Source: an uncultured Verrucomicrobiae bacterium
GTDB lineage: Bacteria; Verrucomicrobiota; Verrucomicrobiia; Opitutales; JABDGR01
DNA: 64,000 nt
Assembly: GCA_963765205.1 (NCBI GenBank)
Contig: CAVXVB010000009.1
Coordinates: 896,001-960,000, forward strand
Reading direction: 5' to 3'
The position numbers were made by a program, and so were the translations under genes. The notes under the pieces are model-generated. The model did no database searches, was not told where the DNA came from, and saw nothing but the letters and a program-made list of their open reading frames with translations. Shown in pieces: positions 52,723 through 64,000 of the stretch; positions within the stretch are counted from its first letter, which is position 1, and every line of letters begins with the position of its first letter.

Positions 52723-54024
52723 ATGCGCCCTTCCACCTCAAAAATCGTCCTGTTGTTGGTCGCGCTCGCCCTCGCGTCCGGTGTCCGTGCCGCCGAGGCG
52801 GCGGACAGCAGCCCCACCCCCGTCACTTCGTCGGCCTCTGCCGTGCCGGATTACCCCGCCGCCCATTCACCTGTTGGTGGCCCGCCCGCATTTGCGTCGT
52901 CGGGCAAGAAACTTTTGCTGCCCCAAGGCTACATCATTGGGGCGGACTTGTCGGCCGTGCCCGCATCGGAAGACCGCGGCACGCAATTCATGGACAAGGG
53001 CCAGGTGATGGACATTTTGCAGATCATGAAGTCGCACGGCTTTAACTATGTCCGCCTGCGCATCTTTGTGGATCCGACGGCGTCGGATGGTTATGATACG
53101 CGGTCCGGGTTGGGCTATTGCGGGCTGGAGCAAACGATCCGGTTCGCGAAGCGCATCAAGGCGGCCGGAATGGGGCTGCTGCTCGATTTCCATTACAGCG
53201 ACAGTTGGGCCGACCCCAGCAAGCAGGTCAAGCCGCTCGCCTGGCGGGATTTGGCGTTTCCCGATTTGGTGAAAACCGTGCATGACTACACCAAAGATGT
53301 CATTGCCAAAATGAAAGCGGCCGGCGTGGCGCCGGACATGGTGCAGCCGGGCAACGAAATCACCCCCGGCCTTTTGCTCCCCGATGGCAGTGCGAAAAAC
53401 TGGGATAACCTGGCGGCGCTGCTCAAGGCCGGCATCGCGGGTGCCAAGGAAGTGGACCCGAGCATCATCATCATGCTGCACATTGACAAGGGCGGGAACA
53501 ACCAAGTCACGCATCAGTGGGTGGACGGCGCGCTGTCGCATGGCGTCGAGTTCGACATTCTCGGCGAGTCCTGCTACTCGAACACGGCGTGGCAGGGGCC
53601 GATTACGAAGCAGGTCGCCAACTTTGCGGAGCTGGTCAAAAGCTACCCAAATCTCTATTTTATAAACGACGAATACGGCGGCAGTATGCGCAACACCGAT
53701 AACGACCAGGTGGACAACAATAACCGCAACAACGTGGTCCTCAAGAAACCCGATTGGTCCACCGACGGCCTGGATTGGAGCAAGCGTTGGGCCAACGACA
53801 TGATGTTCAATATCCCCGACAACAAGGGCCTTGGCGCGTTCTCCTGGGAGCCAACGCAGGACGGCAACCAACAATCGCTCTTCACCAACGTCCGCGACCC
53901 CGCTACCGGCCAAAATCATCCGACGGCCAATCAGGAAATGTATGTGTTTGACGCCCTGGCCAAATCCTACGCCAGCCGGATGAAGCAACCCCCCGGCGCC
54001 TCGACGCCGAACACCGCGAAATAA
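52723..54024 (+). CDS. glycoside hydrolase family 53 (endo-beta-1,4-galactanase-like), secreted
   Basis: GADLS, NYVRLRIFVDP, LLDFHYSDSWADPSKQ, VQPGNEI, FSWEP; signal peptide. Confidence 0.92.
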   Translation: MRPSTSKIVLLLVALALASGVRAAEAADSSPTPVTSSASAVPDYPAAHSPVGGPPAFASSGKKLLLPQGYIIGADLSAVPASEDRGTQFMDKGQVMDILQIMKSHGFNYVRLRIFVDPTASDGYDTRSGLGYCGLEQTIRFAKRIKAAGMGLLLDFHYSDSWADPSKQVKPLAWRDLAFPDLVKTVHDYTKDVIAKMKAAGVAPDMVQPGNEITPGLLLPDGSAKNWDNLAALLKAGIAGAKEVDPSIIIMLHIDKGGNNQVTHQWVDGALSHGVEFDILGESCYSNTAWQGPITKQVANFAELVKSYPNLYFINDEYGGSMRNTDNDQVDNNNRNNVVLKKPDWSTDGLDWSKRWANDMMFNIPDNKGLGAFSWEPTQDGNQQSLFTNVRDPATGQNHPTANQEMYVFDALAKSYASRMKQPPGASTPNTAK

Positions 54025-54149
54025 ACGAATCCCCTGAGTTCAAGTGTGAAGCGTAAAGTATGGAGTGTAATGCCTGGCATACGGCGGGCGATAATGTGCG
54101 GTCGCCTCAACGCTTCGCTCAACTGCACACTTCACCTTGCACCTTCCGC

Positions 54150-55433
54150 CTAGCCGCTGTGGCCGCCGGCGAGATCCTTGATGATTTGGATGATGGGCAG
54201 GAAGAGCGCAATGACGATGGTGCCGACGCCCACGGCCAGGAACACGATCATGATCGGCTCGATGATGGACGTGAGGCCGGCCACGGCGTTGTCGAGGTCT
54301 TCGTCGTAGTTGTCGGCGATGCGGTTAAGCATCTCGGGCAGCTCGCCCGTTTCCTCGCCGACGTCAATCATCGAGGTGACCATGGTGGGGAAAATCTTTT
54401 GCTGCTCGAGCGGGCCGGCCAGCGGCTCGCCGTCGCGCACCCGGTCATGCACCCGGTCCAGCGCGGCGACAATGACACTGTTCTCAATGATGTCGCGCGT
54501 GATGTTGAGAGCCTGCAAAATGGGGACGCCCGAGGACATGAGCGTGCCGAACGTGCGGGTGAAGCGCGCAATGTTGGCCTTGCGGGCAAAGTCGCCGATT
54601 TTCGGGGTCTTGAGGATCACCCGGTCCAGCAGGCGGCTGCCGAAGCGGGTGCGGAAAAAGAAACGGGTGCCCATGACGATGACAACCACGCCCACCACGT
54701 CGCCCACCCCGCGCAGCCAGGAGGTCGGCGTGATAAATTTGCTGATTTTGATGACCACCATGGTCAGCGTCGGCAGGGGCGCGCCCTTCAGCATGTCCTG
54801 GAAGATGGCCTCAAAGCGCGGCACGACAAACATCATCAGCGCCGTGACGATGGCGCAAGCCACTGTGATGACGACGGAGGGGTAGATCATCGCCGCCTTG
54901 ATTTTATTATTGGTCTTGACCGTCTTTTCCATGAAGCGCGCCAGGCGCGAAAGCACGACGTCGAGCACGCCGCCCGCCTCACCAGCCTTGACCATGTTCA
55001 CAAACAGGCGGTCAAACACCTTGGGATACTGCGCGAGGCCGTCGGAGAAGTTGTTGCCCGAACGCACGTTGTCGGCCAGGCTGGTCAGGACGGCCTTGAA
55101 GCGCAGGTTCTTTTCCTGGCGGATCATCACCTCCAGGCTGCGCAGGATCGGCAGGCCGGCTTGGAGCAGGGTGGCCAACTGGCGGGTGAAAATGGCCAAA
55201 TTCTCCGTGCTGATGACTTTCCCGAAAGCAAAACCTTTGCCCGCCTTGCCCGGCTTGCCCCCGGCCTTGGCGGCTTTCGCGCCCCCTTTTTTGCCACCCT
55301 CCTCCTTCATGGTGGCCACCATCAGCCCCATCTGGGAGAGCTTGGCATTGGCCTCGTCGGGTGACGAGGCCTCAACTTTACCGGACTTCTTTGCTCCGGT
55401 CGCGTCAATGGCGGTGTAACGGTAATTGGGCAT
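54150..55433 (-). CDS. pilC: type IV pilus / T2SS inner-membrane platform protein (PilC/GspF)
   Basis: [33 protein letters not shown]. Confidence 0.92.
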   Translation of the reverse strand: MPNYRYTAIDATGAKKSGKVEASSPDEANAKLSQMGLMVATMKEEGGKKGGAKAAKAGGKPGKAGKGFAFGKVISTENLAIFTRQLATLLQAGLPILRSLEVMIRQEKNLRFKAVLTSLADNVRSGNNFSDGLAQYPKVFDRLFVNMVKAGEAGGVLDVVLSRLARFMEKTVKTNNKIKAAMIYPSVVITVACAIVTALMMFVVPRFEAIFQDMLKGAPLPTLTMVVIKISKFITPTSWLRGVGDVVGVVVIVMGTRFFFRTRFGSRLLDRVILKTPKIGDFARKANIARFTRTFGTLMSSGVPILQALNITRDIIENSVIVAALDRVHDRVRDGEPLAGPLEQQKIFPTMVTSMIDVGEETGELPEMLNRIADNYDEDLDNAVAGLTSIIEPIMIVFLAVGVGTIVIALFLPIIQIIKDLAGGHSG

Positions 55434-55540
55434 GGGGGGTGGGCGCGAACGTGGTGCGGAATGAAGTGGGGTAATGCTGGTGGTTCGGAAGGGTTTGGCG
55501 AGAAAATTCTGCGGCGGACGGGCGGGCCTCAACCCTCCTA

Positions 55541-57235
55541 TCACGTATATTTCAAAACTTCGTCTATCGTGGTGAGTCCGTCGAAAATAGCTCGCATCCC
55601 GTCATCCCGCAGGGTTCTCATGCCCTGCTCGATGGCCTTTTGCTTGAGGACGAGGGTCGGCGCCTTTTTGGAGATGAGCTCGCGGATGGCGTCCGTGGAT
55701 ATCATCAGCTCGAAAAGTCCCTGGCGGCCGCGGTAGCCGGTCTGGCTGCATTCAGCGCACCCTTTGCCGAAGAAGAATTGTTTCTCGGCGATTTCCAGGG
55801 GATTGGCGCCGAGCAGATCGATCATTTCATGATCCGGCTCATAGGCGGACTTGCAGGACTTGCAGATCCGGCGCACCAGGCGCTGGCCCAAGATCCCTTC
55901 CAACGACGCGGAAATGAGGAACGGCTCCAAGCCCATGTCAATCATACGGGTGACCGCACCGGGCGCGTCATTCGTGTGCAGGGTCGCCAGCACCACGTGG
56001 CCGGTCAGCGAGGCTTGGACGGCGATTTGCGCCGTTTCCAAGTCGCGAATCTCGCCGACCATGATTTTGTCCGGATCCTGGCGCAGGAACGAACGCAGGC
56101 ATTTGGCGAAGTCCAGGCCGACCTTGTGGTTGACCGCAACCTGCATGATGCCGTCAATTTCATATTCCACCGGATCCTCGGCCGTGAGAATTTTGAGGTC
56201 CACCGTGTTCACCTCGCGCAAGGCGCTGTAGAGGGTCGTGGTCTTCCCCGAACCGGTGGGGCCAGTCACAATGAAGATGCCATTGGGGAGGTTGACAAGG
56301 TGGCGGATGCTTTCCATCACGTCCGCCGGCATGGACAGGTTCGCCAAGTCCAGATTGACCACGGATTTGTCGAGCACGCGGAGGACGACGCTTTCGCCGA
56401 ACTGGGTCGGCAGCGTCGAAACGCGCAGATCCACCGGGCGCCCGGCAATGGTCATCTTGATGCGCCCATCCTGCGGGATGCGCCGCTCGGCAATGTTGAG
56501 GTTGGCCAGCACCTTGATGCGGGAAATGACCGGGATGGCCAGGCTCTTGGGCGGCGGGGCCATCTCGTAGAGCGCGCCGTCGATGCGGTAACGGATGCGA
56601 AAGAGATCCTCAAACGGCTCAAAGTGAATGTCCGAGGCCTTGTCGCGAATGGCCTGTTGCATGACGAGATTCACGAAGCGGATGATGGGCGTCTCGTTGG
56701 CAAGATTTTCCAGATCTTTCTCTTCCATGTCGCCATCGCTGGCGGCGCCCACGTTGGCGGTCTTGATTTCGTCCAGCAGCGAGTCAATCGAAGCATCTTC
56801 CTCCCCATAGGTGGCGGTGAGCAGGCGCTCAATGGTCTCCGGGTCAATCACGATCAACTGGATGTCCTTGCCGATGGAAAAAGTCAGGTCGTCCACAATG
56901 CGGTGGTTGAAAGGATCCTTCGCCACCACAAAGATGGTCGTGTCCTCCTGACGGACCGGCACGATTCCATACATGCGCGCTATGGCGGGTTTGATGGACT
57001 TGGCGACGGAATCTTCGATGCTGTCGGGCGCATCCGCCATGAACTCGAGTTGCAGAAAGTCGGCCACCATCTTCAAAAAGACCGGGCGCTCGACGAGGTT
57101 GGCATCCAAGACGGTGTCAGCGAGGCTCTTGCCCGTGTCCTGGGCGGTTTGGAGCAATTCTCCGAGCTGGTCCTGGTTGAACTGGCCGCTCTTGGATAAT
57201 ACGTCCGAAATGGCGCTATTATGGTCTTCAAACAT
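55541..57235 (-). CDS. pilB: PilB/GspE assembly ATPase
   Basis: [43 protein letters not shown], Zn tetracysteine. Confidence 0.92.
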   Translation of the reverse strand: MFEDHNSAISDVLSKSGQFNQDQLGELLQTAQDTGKSLADTVLDANLVERPVFLKMVADFLQLEFMADAPDSIEDSVAKSIKPAIARMYGIVPVRQEDTTIFVVAKDPFNHRIVDDLTFSIGKDIQLIVIDPETIERLLTATYGEEDASIDSLLDEIKTANVGAASDGDMEEKDLENLANETPIIRFVNLVMQQAIRDKASDIHFEPFEDLFRIRYRIDGALYEMAPPPKSLAIPVISRIKVLANLNIAERRIPQDGRIKMTIAGRPVDLRVSTLPTQFGESVVLRVLDKSVVNLDLANLSMPADVMESIRHLVNLPNGIFIVTGPTGSGKTTTLYSALREVNTVDLKILTAEDPVEYEIDGIMQVAVNHKVGLDFAKCLRSFLRQDPDKIMVGEIRDLETAQIAVQASLTGHVVLATLHTNDAPGAVTRMIDMGLEPFLISASLEGILGQRLVRRICKSCKSAYEPDHEMIDLLGANPLEIAEKQFFFGKGCAECSQTGYRGRQGLFELMISTDAIRELISKKAPTLVLKQKAIEQGMRTLRDDGMRAIFDGLTTIDEVLKYT

Positions 57236-57292
57236 GGTGGGTGGGATTTGGGGGCTGGGCCGCGCGGGGCGGGGATGTTGTAAAGGTAGAAA

Positions 57293-58384
57293 TCAGGCTT
57301 TGGCCAGGGCCGCGCTGCCGGGGGTAGTTTCGCGCACTTTTTTGCGCATTTCATCCGGGATTTGCGATTTCTCGATGGCGGTTTCCGCAGTGATAAGGCC
57401 GCGCGCGTAGAGACTCATCAAGTGCGCGTCGAGCGTGATCATGCCCAGGGCGCCGCCCGTCTGGATGTCCGAGGTGATGCGATAGGTCTTGTTGTCGCGG
57501 ATGAGGGCGGCAATCGAGTCCGTCGTGATCATGATCTCGTAGCTGGCAATGCGCCCGCCGCCCACTTTTTTGCAGAGCGCCTGGGAAATGACGGCGATAA
57601 TCGACGAGGCCAGTTGCGTGCGGATTTGATCTTTCTGGTTCGCCGGAAATGCATCCACGATGCGGTCCACGGTGCGGGCCGCGCCGGTGGTGTGCAGCGT
57701 CCCGAAGACCAGATGGCCGGTTTCCGCCGCGCTGACGGCTGCCTCAATGGTCGCCAGATCGCGCATTTCCCCGACGAGGATGATATCCGGGTCCTGGCGC
57801 AAGGCCCCGCGAATCGCTTCGGAAAAACTCGGTACGTCCACCCCGACCTCGCGCTGCGTGACAATGCACTTCTTGTGATTGTGAAAATACTCGATGGGGT
57901 CCTCGACCGTGATGATGTGGCCTTCCTCGTTCTCGTTGATCCAGTTGACCATCGAAGCCAGCGTCGTGGACTTGCCCGACCCGGTCGGCCCGGTAACAAG
58001 GATGAGGCCGCGTGGGCGCACCAGCAATTCCTTGATGCGGTCGGGCAACCCCAGCTCGCGCATCGCAAACATCTTGTAGGGAATGAGGCGCAAAACCATG
58101 CCGTAGTTCCCTTTGGCCTTGAGCACCGACACACGGAAGCGCGCCTTGTCCATGAACGCAAAGGCAAAGTCCGCCGAGCCGACCTGCTTGGCCTTTTGCT
58201 GGTGGTGGTCGGAGGCGATGGCGCGCATGAGTTGCTCGGTATCCTCCGGGGTCAACTTCGGGCCGTCCACCGGCGACATGCCGCCCGACAGGCGCAACGT
58301 GGGCGCCTGGCCCACCTGCAGGTGAAGGTCCGAGGCACCCTCGTCCACCATCAGGTTCAACAGGTCGTTCATTTCGTAGCTCAT
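57293..58384 (-). CDS. pilT: type IV pilus retraction ATPase
   Basis: [50 protein letters not shown]. Confidence 0.93.
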   Translation of the reverse strand: MSYEMNDLLNLMVDEGASDLHLQVGQAPTLRLSGGMSPVDGPKLTPEDTEQLMRAIASDHHQQKAKQVGSADFAFAFMDKARFRVSVLKAKGNYGMVLRLIPYKMFAMRELGLPDRIKELLVRPRGLILVTGPTGSGKSTTLASMVNWINENEEGHIITVEDPIEYFHNHKKCIVTQREVGVDVPSFSEAIRGALRQDPDIILVGEMRDLATIEAAVSAAETGHLVFGTLHTTGAARTVDRIVDAFPANQKDQIRTQLASSIIAVISQALCKKVGGGRIASYEIMITTDSIAALIRDNKTYRITSDIQTGGALGMITLDAHLMSLYARGLITAETAIEKSQIPDEMRKKVRETTPGSAALAKA

Positions 58385-58530
58385 GGCGCAATCTCGCGGA
58401 AGTGTTCCGGTGCTTGGGGTTTTAGGGCGTGGGTCCGGGCTGCTCGTTAATCAACGTTTTGCTGGGATTGACGATGTAGGGTCTAAAATAACTAAGGACG
58501 AAAACACCAAGCACTAAAACACTTGCGGCG

Positions 58531-60234
58531 TTAAGCCATCGTGGCCGAAATAACTTCGTCCACCGTGGTCATGCCGCTGGTGATTTTGCGGATGCCATCC
58601 TCGCGCATGTTGCGCATGCCCAGTTCGCGTGCTTTCTGGCGCAGTTGGACAAGGTTGGCGTTATCATAAATCATGGCTTGGACTTCCTGGTTGATCACGA
58701 AAAGCTCAAAGAGGCCCATGCGGCCGCGAAAGCCGATGCCTAGGCAGCGCTGGCAGCCTTCGCCTTTCATGAAGGTGGCCTGCGCGGCCTGCGCCTCCGT
58801 CAAGCCAATGCTGAATAATTCCCGCTGTTCCGGGACGTAAGGCTTCTTACACCCCGAGCATACCCGGCGCACCAGGCGCTGGGCCATGGCCGCACGCAAA
58901 GAGGCCGACACCAGGAAGGGCTTGACCCCAATATCCACCAGGCGCGTCACCGCGCTGGCGGAGTCGTTGGTGTGGAGGGTCGAGAAGACCATGTGCCCCG
59001 TCAGAGAAGCGTTGATCGAGATTTCGGCGGTTTCCAAGTCGCGAATTTCCCCAATCATGATGATGTTGGGGGCCTGACGGAGCATAGCACGCAGGGCGCG
59101 GGAGAAAGTCATTTCCACGTCGCGGCGCACCTGCACCTGGTTGATGCCCGTCATTTGGTATTCCACCGGATCCTCAACCGTGATGATCTTGCGGTCCGGG
59201 TGGTTGATGTAATTGAGCGCCGAATACAACGTCGTGGATTTGCCCGAGCCCGTCGGCCCCGTCACTAGGAAGATGCCGTCGGCCATGGTGACGATGCGCT
59301 CGAACACCGACTGGTCGTCCGAGAAAAAGCCCAGTTCCGGCAGGCCCAGCTTGAGGCCTTCCTTGTCCAAAATTCGCATGACGATGCTTTCGCCGTAAAC
59401 CGTCGGCAGCACCGACACGCGCAAGTCCACTTCCTTCCCGGCCACCTTAACTTGGATGCGCCCGTCCTGCGGGATGCGCTTCTCGGCCAGGCTGACATTG
59501 GCCATCAGCTTGAGGCGCGACGTGATGGTCGGCTGCAAACGCTTGGGCGGATTCTCGATTTCGAGCAAGACGCCGTCAATGCGGTAGCGGATGCGAAAGC
59601 GTTTTTCGAGCGGCTCCAAATGGATGTCCGAGGCGCGCCGTTTAATGGCCTCTGAAATAAGCATCGTCACGTATTTGATGATCGGTGCGTCTGCTTCCTT
59701 CTCCACCGAGGCGGCCTCCACCTTGGCTTTTTCCTCGGCAGCAATTTCGCCCTCGAACAAGTCCCCGTAGTGCGAGCCGGCGGGGGTCTCGTAATATTGG
59801 GCGATGGCGTCGTCTATTTCCTTCGTAGTGGTCAGGTAGGCGTTGATCGTGATGTTGAACATCTTGCTCAGGCTGTCCGTAGCGTCCACGTTCAACGGGT
59901 CGCAAATGGCCAGGTTGAGCTGGCTGCCATATTGCTCCATCGGAAACACCTTGTAGCGCACGGCCAGGTCGCGGTTGATCATGCGCAGCAATTCCGGTGG
60001 GGGGCTGACATCGGACAGGTGCGCCACTTCCATGTTGAACTCCTTGGCCAAGGTCTCCAACACCTTGTCGGCGCTGAACACACCGGCCTGCACGAGGACG
60101 TTGATCGTGGCCGAATCAACCTGTGCCGGCGGGGTGTCGGGCCGCACTTGTGCGCGGGCCGACGCCACGGCATCGGCCGTGGCGAGACCCTTGTCCTGAA
60201 TCAATTGGATTACGAAGTCGTCGGCTGAGGTCAC
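58531..60234 (-). CDS. pilB: second PilB/GspE ATPase paralog
   Basis: [45 protein letters not shown] start. Confidence 0.9.
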   Translation of the reverse strand: MTSADDFVIQLIQDKGLATADAVASARAQVRPDTPPAQVDSATINVLVQAGVFSADKVLETLAKEFNMEVAHLSDVSPPPELLRMINRDLAVRYKVFPMEQYGSQLNLAICDPLNVDATDSLSKMFNITINAYLTTTKEIDDAIAQYYETPAGSHYGDLFEGEIAAEEKAKVEAASVEKEADAPIIKYVTMLISEAIKRRASDIHLEPLEKRFRIRYRIDGVLLEIENPPKRLQPTITSRLKLMANVSLAEKRIPQDGRIQVKVAGKEVDLRVSVLPTVYGESIVMRILDKEGLKLGLPELGFFSDDQSVFERIVTMADGIFLVTGPTGSGKSTTLYSALNYINHPDRKIITVEDPVEYQMTGINQVQVRRDVEMTFSRALRAMLRQAPNIIMIGEIRDLETAEISINASLTGHMVFSTLHTNDSASAVTRLVDIGVKPFLVSASLRAAMAQRLVRRVCSGCKKPYVPEQRELFSIGLTEAQAAQATFMKGEGCQRCLGIGFRGRMGLFELFVINQEVQAMIYDNANLVQLRQKARELGMRNMREDGIRKITSGMTTVDEVISATMA

Positions 60235-60282
60235 GCGGTAAACGCCGCAAAGGGGCTGATTGGGGGTTTGGGGAGGAAGGTT

Positions 60283-62403
60283 CTAGCGGTTGATGCCGAG
60301 CAGGAACTCCGCGTTGGTTTTGGTTTTCTTCACGCGGGTGATCAGCATCTCCATCGCTTCGGTTGAAGGTATACCTTTCATGGCGCGACGCAACGAATAA
60401 ATTTTTTGCAGCTCGTCTTTGTGGTAGAGCAGTTCTTCCTTGCGCGTGCCGCTCTTCTCGAAATTGAGGGCCGGGAAGGTGCGCTTGTCGGACAAGGCGC
60501 GGTCCAGATGCAGCTCCATGTTGCCGGTGCCTTTGAACTCCTCGAAGATGACCTCATCCATCTTGCTGCCCGTCTCGATGAGCGCGGTGGCGAGGATGGT
60601 GAGGCTGCCGGCGCCTTCGATGTTGCGGGCCGAACCGAAGAAGCGTTTGGGCTTTTGCAGTGCGCTGGCTTCGACGCCGCCGGAGAGGATTTTGCCGCTG
60701 CTGGGCATCATCGTATTGTAGGCCCGGGCCAGGCGCGTAATCGAGTCGAGCAGGATGATGACATGCCGGCCATATTCGATCATGCGCCGCGCTTTCTCGA
60801 TCACCATCTCCGCGGCATGCACATGGCTCTCCGCCGCTTCGTCAAAGGTCGAGGAGATGACCTCCGCGCCATCCACCGTGCGGCGGAAATCGGTGACTTC
60901 CTCAGGCCGCTCGTCCACGAGCAGAATAATCATATGCACGTCGGGCCGGTTGGCGCGGATGGCGTTGGCGATGCCTTGCATAAGCACCGTCTTGCCCGTG
61001 CGCGGCGCGGCTACAATCAACCCGCGTTGGCCGAGGCCTACTGGAGTGAGCAGGTCCACGATGCGCATGGAATTGTTGTCCCATTTCGCCTCGGGCTTGG
61101 TCTCCATCAAAAACCGGTCCGTGGGATAATACGGCGTCAGGTCCGTGAAGGGGATGATGTGCGCCACGTCCTCCGGCGGGCGGCCGTTGACGCTGATGAC
61201 CCGCAGCGCGAACGGGCAGCTTTCATTCTCGCGCGGCGGATTAGCCCAGACTTCCACCTCGTGCCCGCGGCGCAAGCCCCAGCGCTCAATCAGCCGTTGC
61301 GGCATGAAACAGCTTAATCCCCGCAGGCGGAAATTATCCACCGAGTAGGCCAGGATGCCGTGCTCTTCGTCAAGTATATCAAGAATACCGGTGATGCGGA
61401 TGGGTCGTTCCTTGGCGCGGGCATCCTTGAGCAAATCGCGGATGAGTTGCCGGCGCAGCGGCACGGGGGGAATCGCCAGCCCGGCGGCACGCGCCAAGGC
61501 CTCGAGTTCAGGCAGCATCAGCGGGTAAATCTCATTGAAGTCCAACGGTTCGCCACCGGCGGCGGAAGCCTCCTGGGCCATCCGGTCAATTTCCTCGATC
61601 TGCCGCAACGACTCCCAACCCGGCAATTCGCCCAGTTGGAGGCTGCCGGAGTCAATGTCCTGGCCACGCCGGGGCTGGCCGTAACTTTTGGGCTTGAAGG
61701 AGGAAACCGGCGGCTTGCTCGGAGGATTATGGGGTGGGTTGTGGGGCGCATTGTAGCCCCCGCCGCCACCCCCGCCGCCTTGCGGTGGATACTGTTTCCC
61801 AAATTTTCCTTTTTTGAAATCCCGGTTGTATTTGTCCTGCTTCCACGGTTTCTTTTCCCAGGGGCGTCCACCCCCGCCGCCGCCACCGTAGCCATAATTA
61901 CGGTCGCCGCGATAACCTTGTGGCGGCGGGCCATTGGGGCGCGGCGGTTGGCCGTCGCCATCTGTCCGCGCAGGGGGTGGACTATCCGTTCCCACCGGGC
62001 TGGCGTCAGGTTTGCTCTCTTCCTGAATAACAGGCGGCGGCGCTTCCACGCGGGGTGTTGGCTCGCGCAGATCCTCGTCTGATGTGCTAAAGACTTCCGG
62101 CGCCGGCTCCGACGGGCGCCGCTCGGGCGCGGGAGCTTCTACCACCGGTTGTTCGGATTGCTCCCGCCGCCACCGGGTCGCCCGGCCGGTGTCCACAGAG
62201 GCTTCCGCCATCGGCACAGCCGATTGCTCCGGCGTCGCTGTTTTGCCGCGCCTTCCGCGCTTGACCGGCTTGGTCGAGGAGGAGGACGAAGCATCCGACT
62301 CCTCGGCCCCAGCGGGCACGGGTTTGCTTAAACTGGCGGGTTTGGGGCGGCGTCCACGCCGCTTCGGCGCAGAATCAGTGGAACGGTCATCCGAATCACT
62401 CAT
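60283..62403 (-). CDS. rho: transcription termination factor Rho with long disordered N-terminal extension
   Basis: [57 protein letters not shown]; probable start MSDSDD at 62403. Confidence 0.96.
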   Translation of the reverse strand: MSDSDDRSTDSAPKRRGRRPKPASLSKPVPAGAEESDASSSSSTKPVKRGRRGKTATPEQSAVPMAEASVDTGRATRWRREQSEQPVVEAPAPERRPSEPAPEVFSTSDEDLREPTPRVEAPPPVIQEESKPDASPVGTDSPPPARTDGDGQPPRPNGPPPQGYRGDRNYGYGGGGGGGRPWEKKPWKQDKYNRDFKKGKFGKQYPPQGGGGGGGGYNAPHNPPHNPPSKPPVSSFKPKSYGQPRRGQDIDSGSLQLGELPGWESLRQIEEIDRMAQEASAAGGEPLDFNEIYPLMLPELEALARAAGLAIPPVPLRRQLIRDLLKDARAKERPIRITGILDILDEEHGILAYSVDNFRLRGLSCFMPQRLIERWGLRRGHEVEVWANPPRENESCPFALRVISVNGRPPEDVAHIIPFTDLTPYYPTDRFLMETKPEAKWDNNSMRIVDLLTPVGLGQRGLIVAAPRTGKTVLMQGIANAIRANRPDVHMIILLVDERPEEVTDFRRTVDGAEVISSTFDEAAESHVHAAEMVIEKARRMIEYGRHVIILLDSITRLARAYNTMMPSSGKILSGGVEASALQKPKRFFGSARNIEGAGSLTILATALIETGSKMDEVIFEEFKGTGNMELHLDRALSDKRTFPALNFEKSGTRKEELLYHKDELQKIYSLRRAMKGIPSTEAMEMLITRVKKTKTNAEFLLGINR

Positions 62404-62518
62404 AGGTATAAAAATGGGAAAGGCGGGCGCGAGCAGCGCCGCAGGGTACGGGTGAGCAGACTCCCAACGAGAGGGAGCCAAGGGTCAATCGTTAAAATCA
62501 AACAAAATTTTCAAAAAT

Positions 62519-63337
62519 TTAATGTTCCCGCGCGGCGGTTGGAGGAGAAAGAAGGGTTGCGGGGGCGGGAGCGCGAAGTTGGCTGGCGAAATGAACAATC
62601 TGGCGGCGCAGAAAATCCACTGAGCCATCATTGAACGCCACCCAGTCGGCTCGTTCAATCTTATCCCGCAACGGCCATTGGCGGGCCTGCCGCGCGGCGA
62701 CCTCCGCCGGGGCCAGCCCGCGCGCCGCCAGGCGGCTGGCCTGAAGCGTTGGGCTAGAGGCTATACAAAGCGTATAATCGAACTCGGACGCAAGGCTTTT
62801 TTCAAAGAGCAGAGGGATTTCGACCACCCAGTCCTGGCCGGGGTCGGCGGCCACCGCCGCCTGCCAGCGCGCCCGCACCCGCGGATGCAACAGCGTTTCG
62901 AGCCAGTCCAACTCCGCCGGGTCGGCGAAAACAATCTCCGCCACCTTGCGGCGGGAAATACGCAAGGATGAAGGATGAGGGATGAGGGATGAAGGGGTTG
63001 CCGGTTGCAAGTTGCAGGATACAGGTTGTTCTGCGGGAGAGTCAGGTTGTTCTCCGGACGCCTCCGGTTGTTTTTTGTGTGCTTTCTGGCTGGCCGGTTC
63101 TTGGTCTTCATTTTCCATTTTCCATTTTCCATCTTCCATTATTTTACTCCCCCACCGCTTGAACACCGCCTGCTGCACTTCCCCATCCGTCTCCCAAAGC
63201 TCATGCACGATGACATCACTTTCGAGCACGCCGAAACCCAGCTCGCGGAAGATTCCCGCCGCGGTGCTCTTGCCGCAGCCCATGCCCCCGGTCAGCCCGA
63301 GGCGCAGACCGCGGTTTGATTTTGGCAAAGTGGACAT
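62519..63337 (-). CDS. coaE: dephospho-CoA kinase with a ~55-aa in-frame insertion
   Basis: GLTGGMGCGKST, D..VH, RRKVAEIVF, LHP, EIPLLFE, RQARQ, AD..NDG. Confidence 0.9.
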   Translation of the reverse strand: MSTLPKSNRGLRLGLTGGMGCGKSTAAGIFRELGFGVLESDVIVHELWETDGEVQQAVFKRWGSKIMEDGKWKMENEDQEPASQKAHKKQPEASGEQPDSPAEQPVSCNLQPATPSSLIPHPSSLRISRRKVAEIVFADPAELDWLETLLHPRVRARWQAAVAADPGQDWVVEIPLLFEKSLASEFDYTLCIASSPTLQASRLAARGLAPAEVAARQARQWPLRDKIERADWVAFNDGSVDFLRRQIVHFASQLRAPAPATLLSPPTAAREH

Positions 63338-63535
63338 GGGGAATTTTCCGGGTTTTTCGCTTCTGGCTAGTTCCTAGCGGCAAACCGCCTCCCAGCACAA
63401 TCTTAGAAAAATCCTCCGGGGTTCGTCATTGACATTTTCCGTCCTCCCGCCAGCATAGACCGTTTCTCGCCAATCTCCAGTGCGCTTTGGACAACCCAGT
63501 GCCTTAGTGCCTCCGTCCCTCAGACCCTTCTTCCC

Positions 63536-64000
63536 ATGCCCGTCGTCGCCCACATCCGCAAGAAAAACGTCATCAGCTACAATGGCGAGCCGTGCCTCGT
63601 CGTGGATCACGCCATCCGCACGCCGCCGAATATGCGCTCGTTCTGCCAGATGACCCTGCGCAACATCCGCACGGGCAAGGTCACGCCCCTGCGCGTGAAC
63701 GTCGGCGAGTCCTACGAAATCCTCTCGACCGACGTGCGCAAGCTCGAATACTCCTACACCGACGGCGACTTCTTCACCTTCATGGACCCGCAGACCTTCG
63801 AAGAAATCAACCTCAGCAAGGAAGTTCTGGGCGACGCCCTCCAGTATCTCGTGCCCAGCTCGTCCTACGATGTGCTCTTTGTGGACGGCAAGCCGCTGAC
63901 GGTGAACCTCGGCGCGTCCGTGACGATGAAAGTCACCGATGCCCCGGAAGGCATCCGCGGCGACACCTCGGGCAACGTGCAAAAGCCCTGCACGGTCGAG
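63536..64000 (+). CDS. efp: elongation factor P (partial, runs off the window)
   Basis: Not in the ORF track; translates MPVVAHIRKKNVISYNGEPC..LRNIRTGK..LEYSYTDG..FMDPQTFEE..PEGIRGDT..QKPCTVE. Confidence 0.93.
   Translation, partial: MPVVAHIRKKNVISYNGEPCLVVDHAIRTPPNMRSFCQMTLRNIRTGKVTPLRVNVGESYEILSTDVRKLEYSYTDGDFFTFMDPQTFEEINLSKEVLGDALQYLVPSSSYDVLFVDGKPLTVNLGASVTMKVTDAPEGIRGDTSGNVQKPCTVE

Overview
GC-rich bacterial chromosomal segment, probably Verrucomicrobiota (Opitutales-like; inferred from gene style, not from a database search). Left part: secreted hypothetical proteins, a cupin gene split by a complete IS5-family element (4-bp TTAT target duplication), and a repeat-rich, lower-GC region (3630-5512). 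That region has a possible REP-associated tyrosine transposase remnant and CCTGACCC-type repeats bracketing a secreted-protein cassette. Next come an SDR, a thymidine-phosphorylase homolog with a rewritten phosphate-binding loop, ABC and MFS transporters, a PmtA-like methyltransferase and an HtrA-like protease. A decayed island (IS256 fragment, low-GC ORF fragment, intact tyrosine integrase) sits at the 5' side of tRNA-Asn. Middle part: a 10-gene RDD/zinc-finger/DUF4129/DUF4350/MoxR/DUF58/SpoIIM operon, a YtfQRT-YjfF-like sugar ABC transporter, a formylglycine-generating enzyme, a LacI-sensor hybrid histidine kinase (one frameshift), a moa/mog/mod cluster with a ModE box, and a large Asn/Thr-rich surface protein. 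Right part: HAD, dciA, rpsO-pnp, an ECF sigma factor with about 20 helical repeats, a GH53 galactanase, pilC-pilB-pilT-pilB, rho, coaE (with an in-frame insertion built of 7-bp repeats) and the 5' part of an efp with a non-canonical TPPNMR loop. No CRISPR array or rRNA was seen. All calls come from reading motifs by eye.
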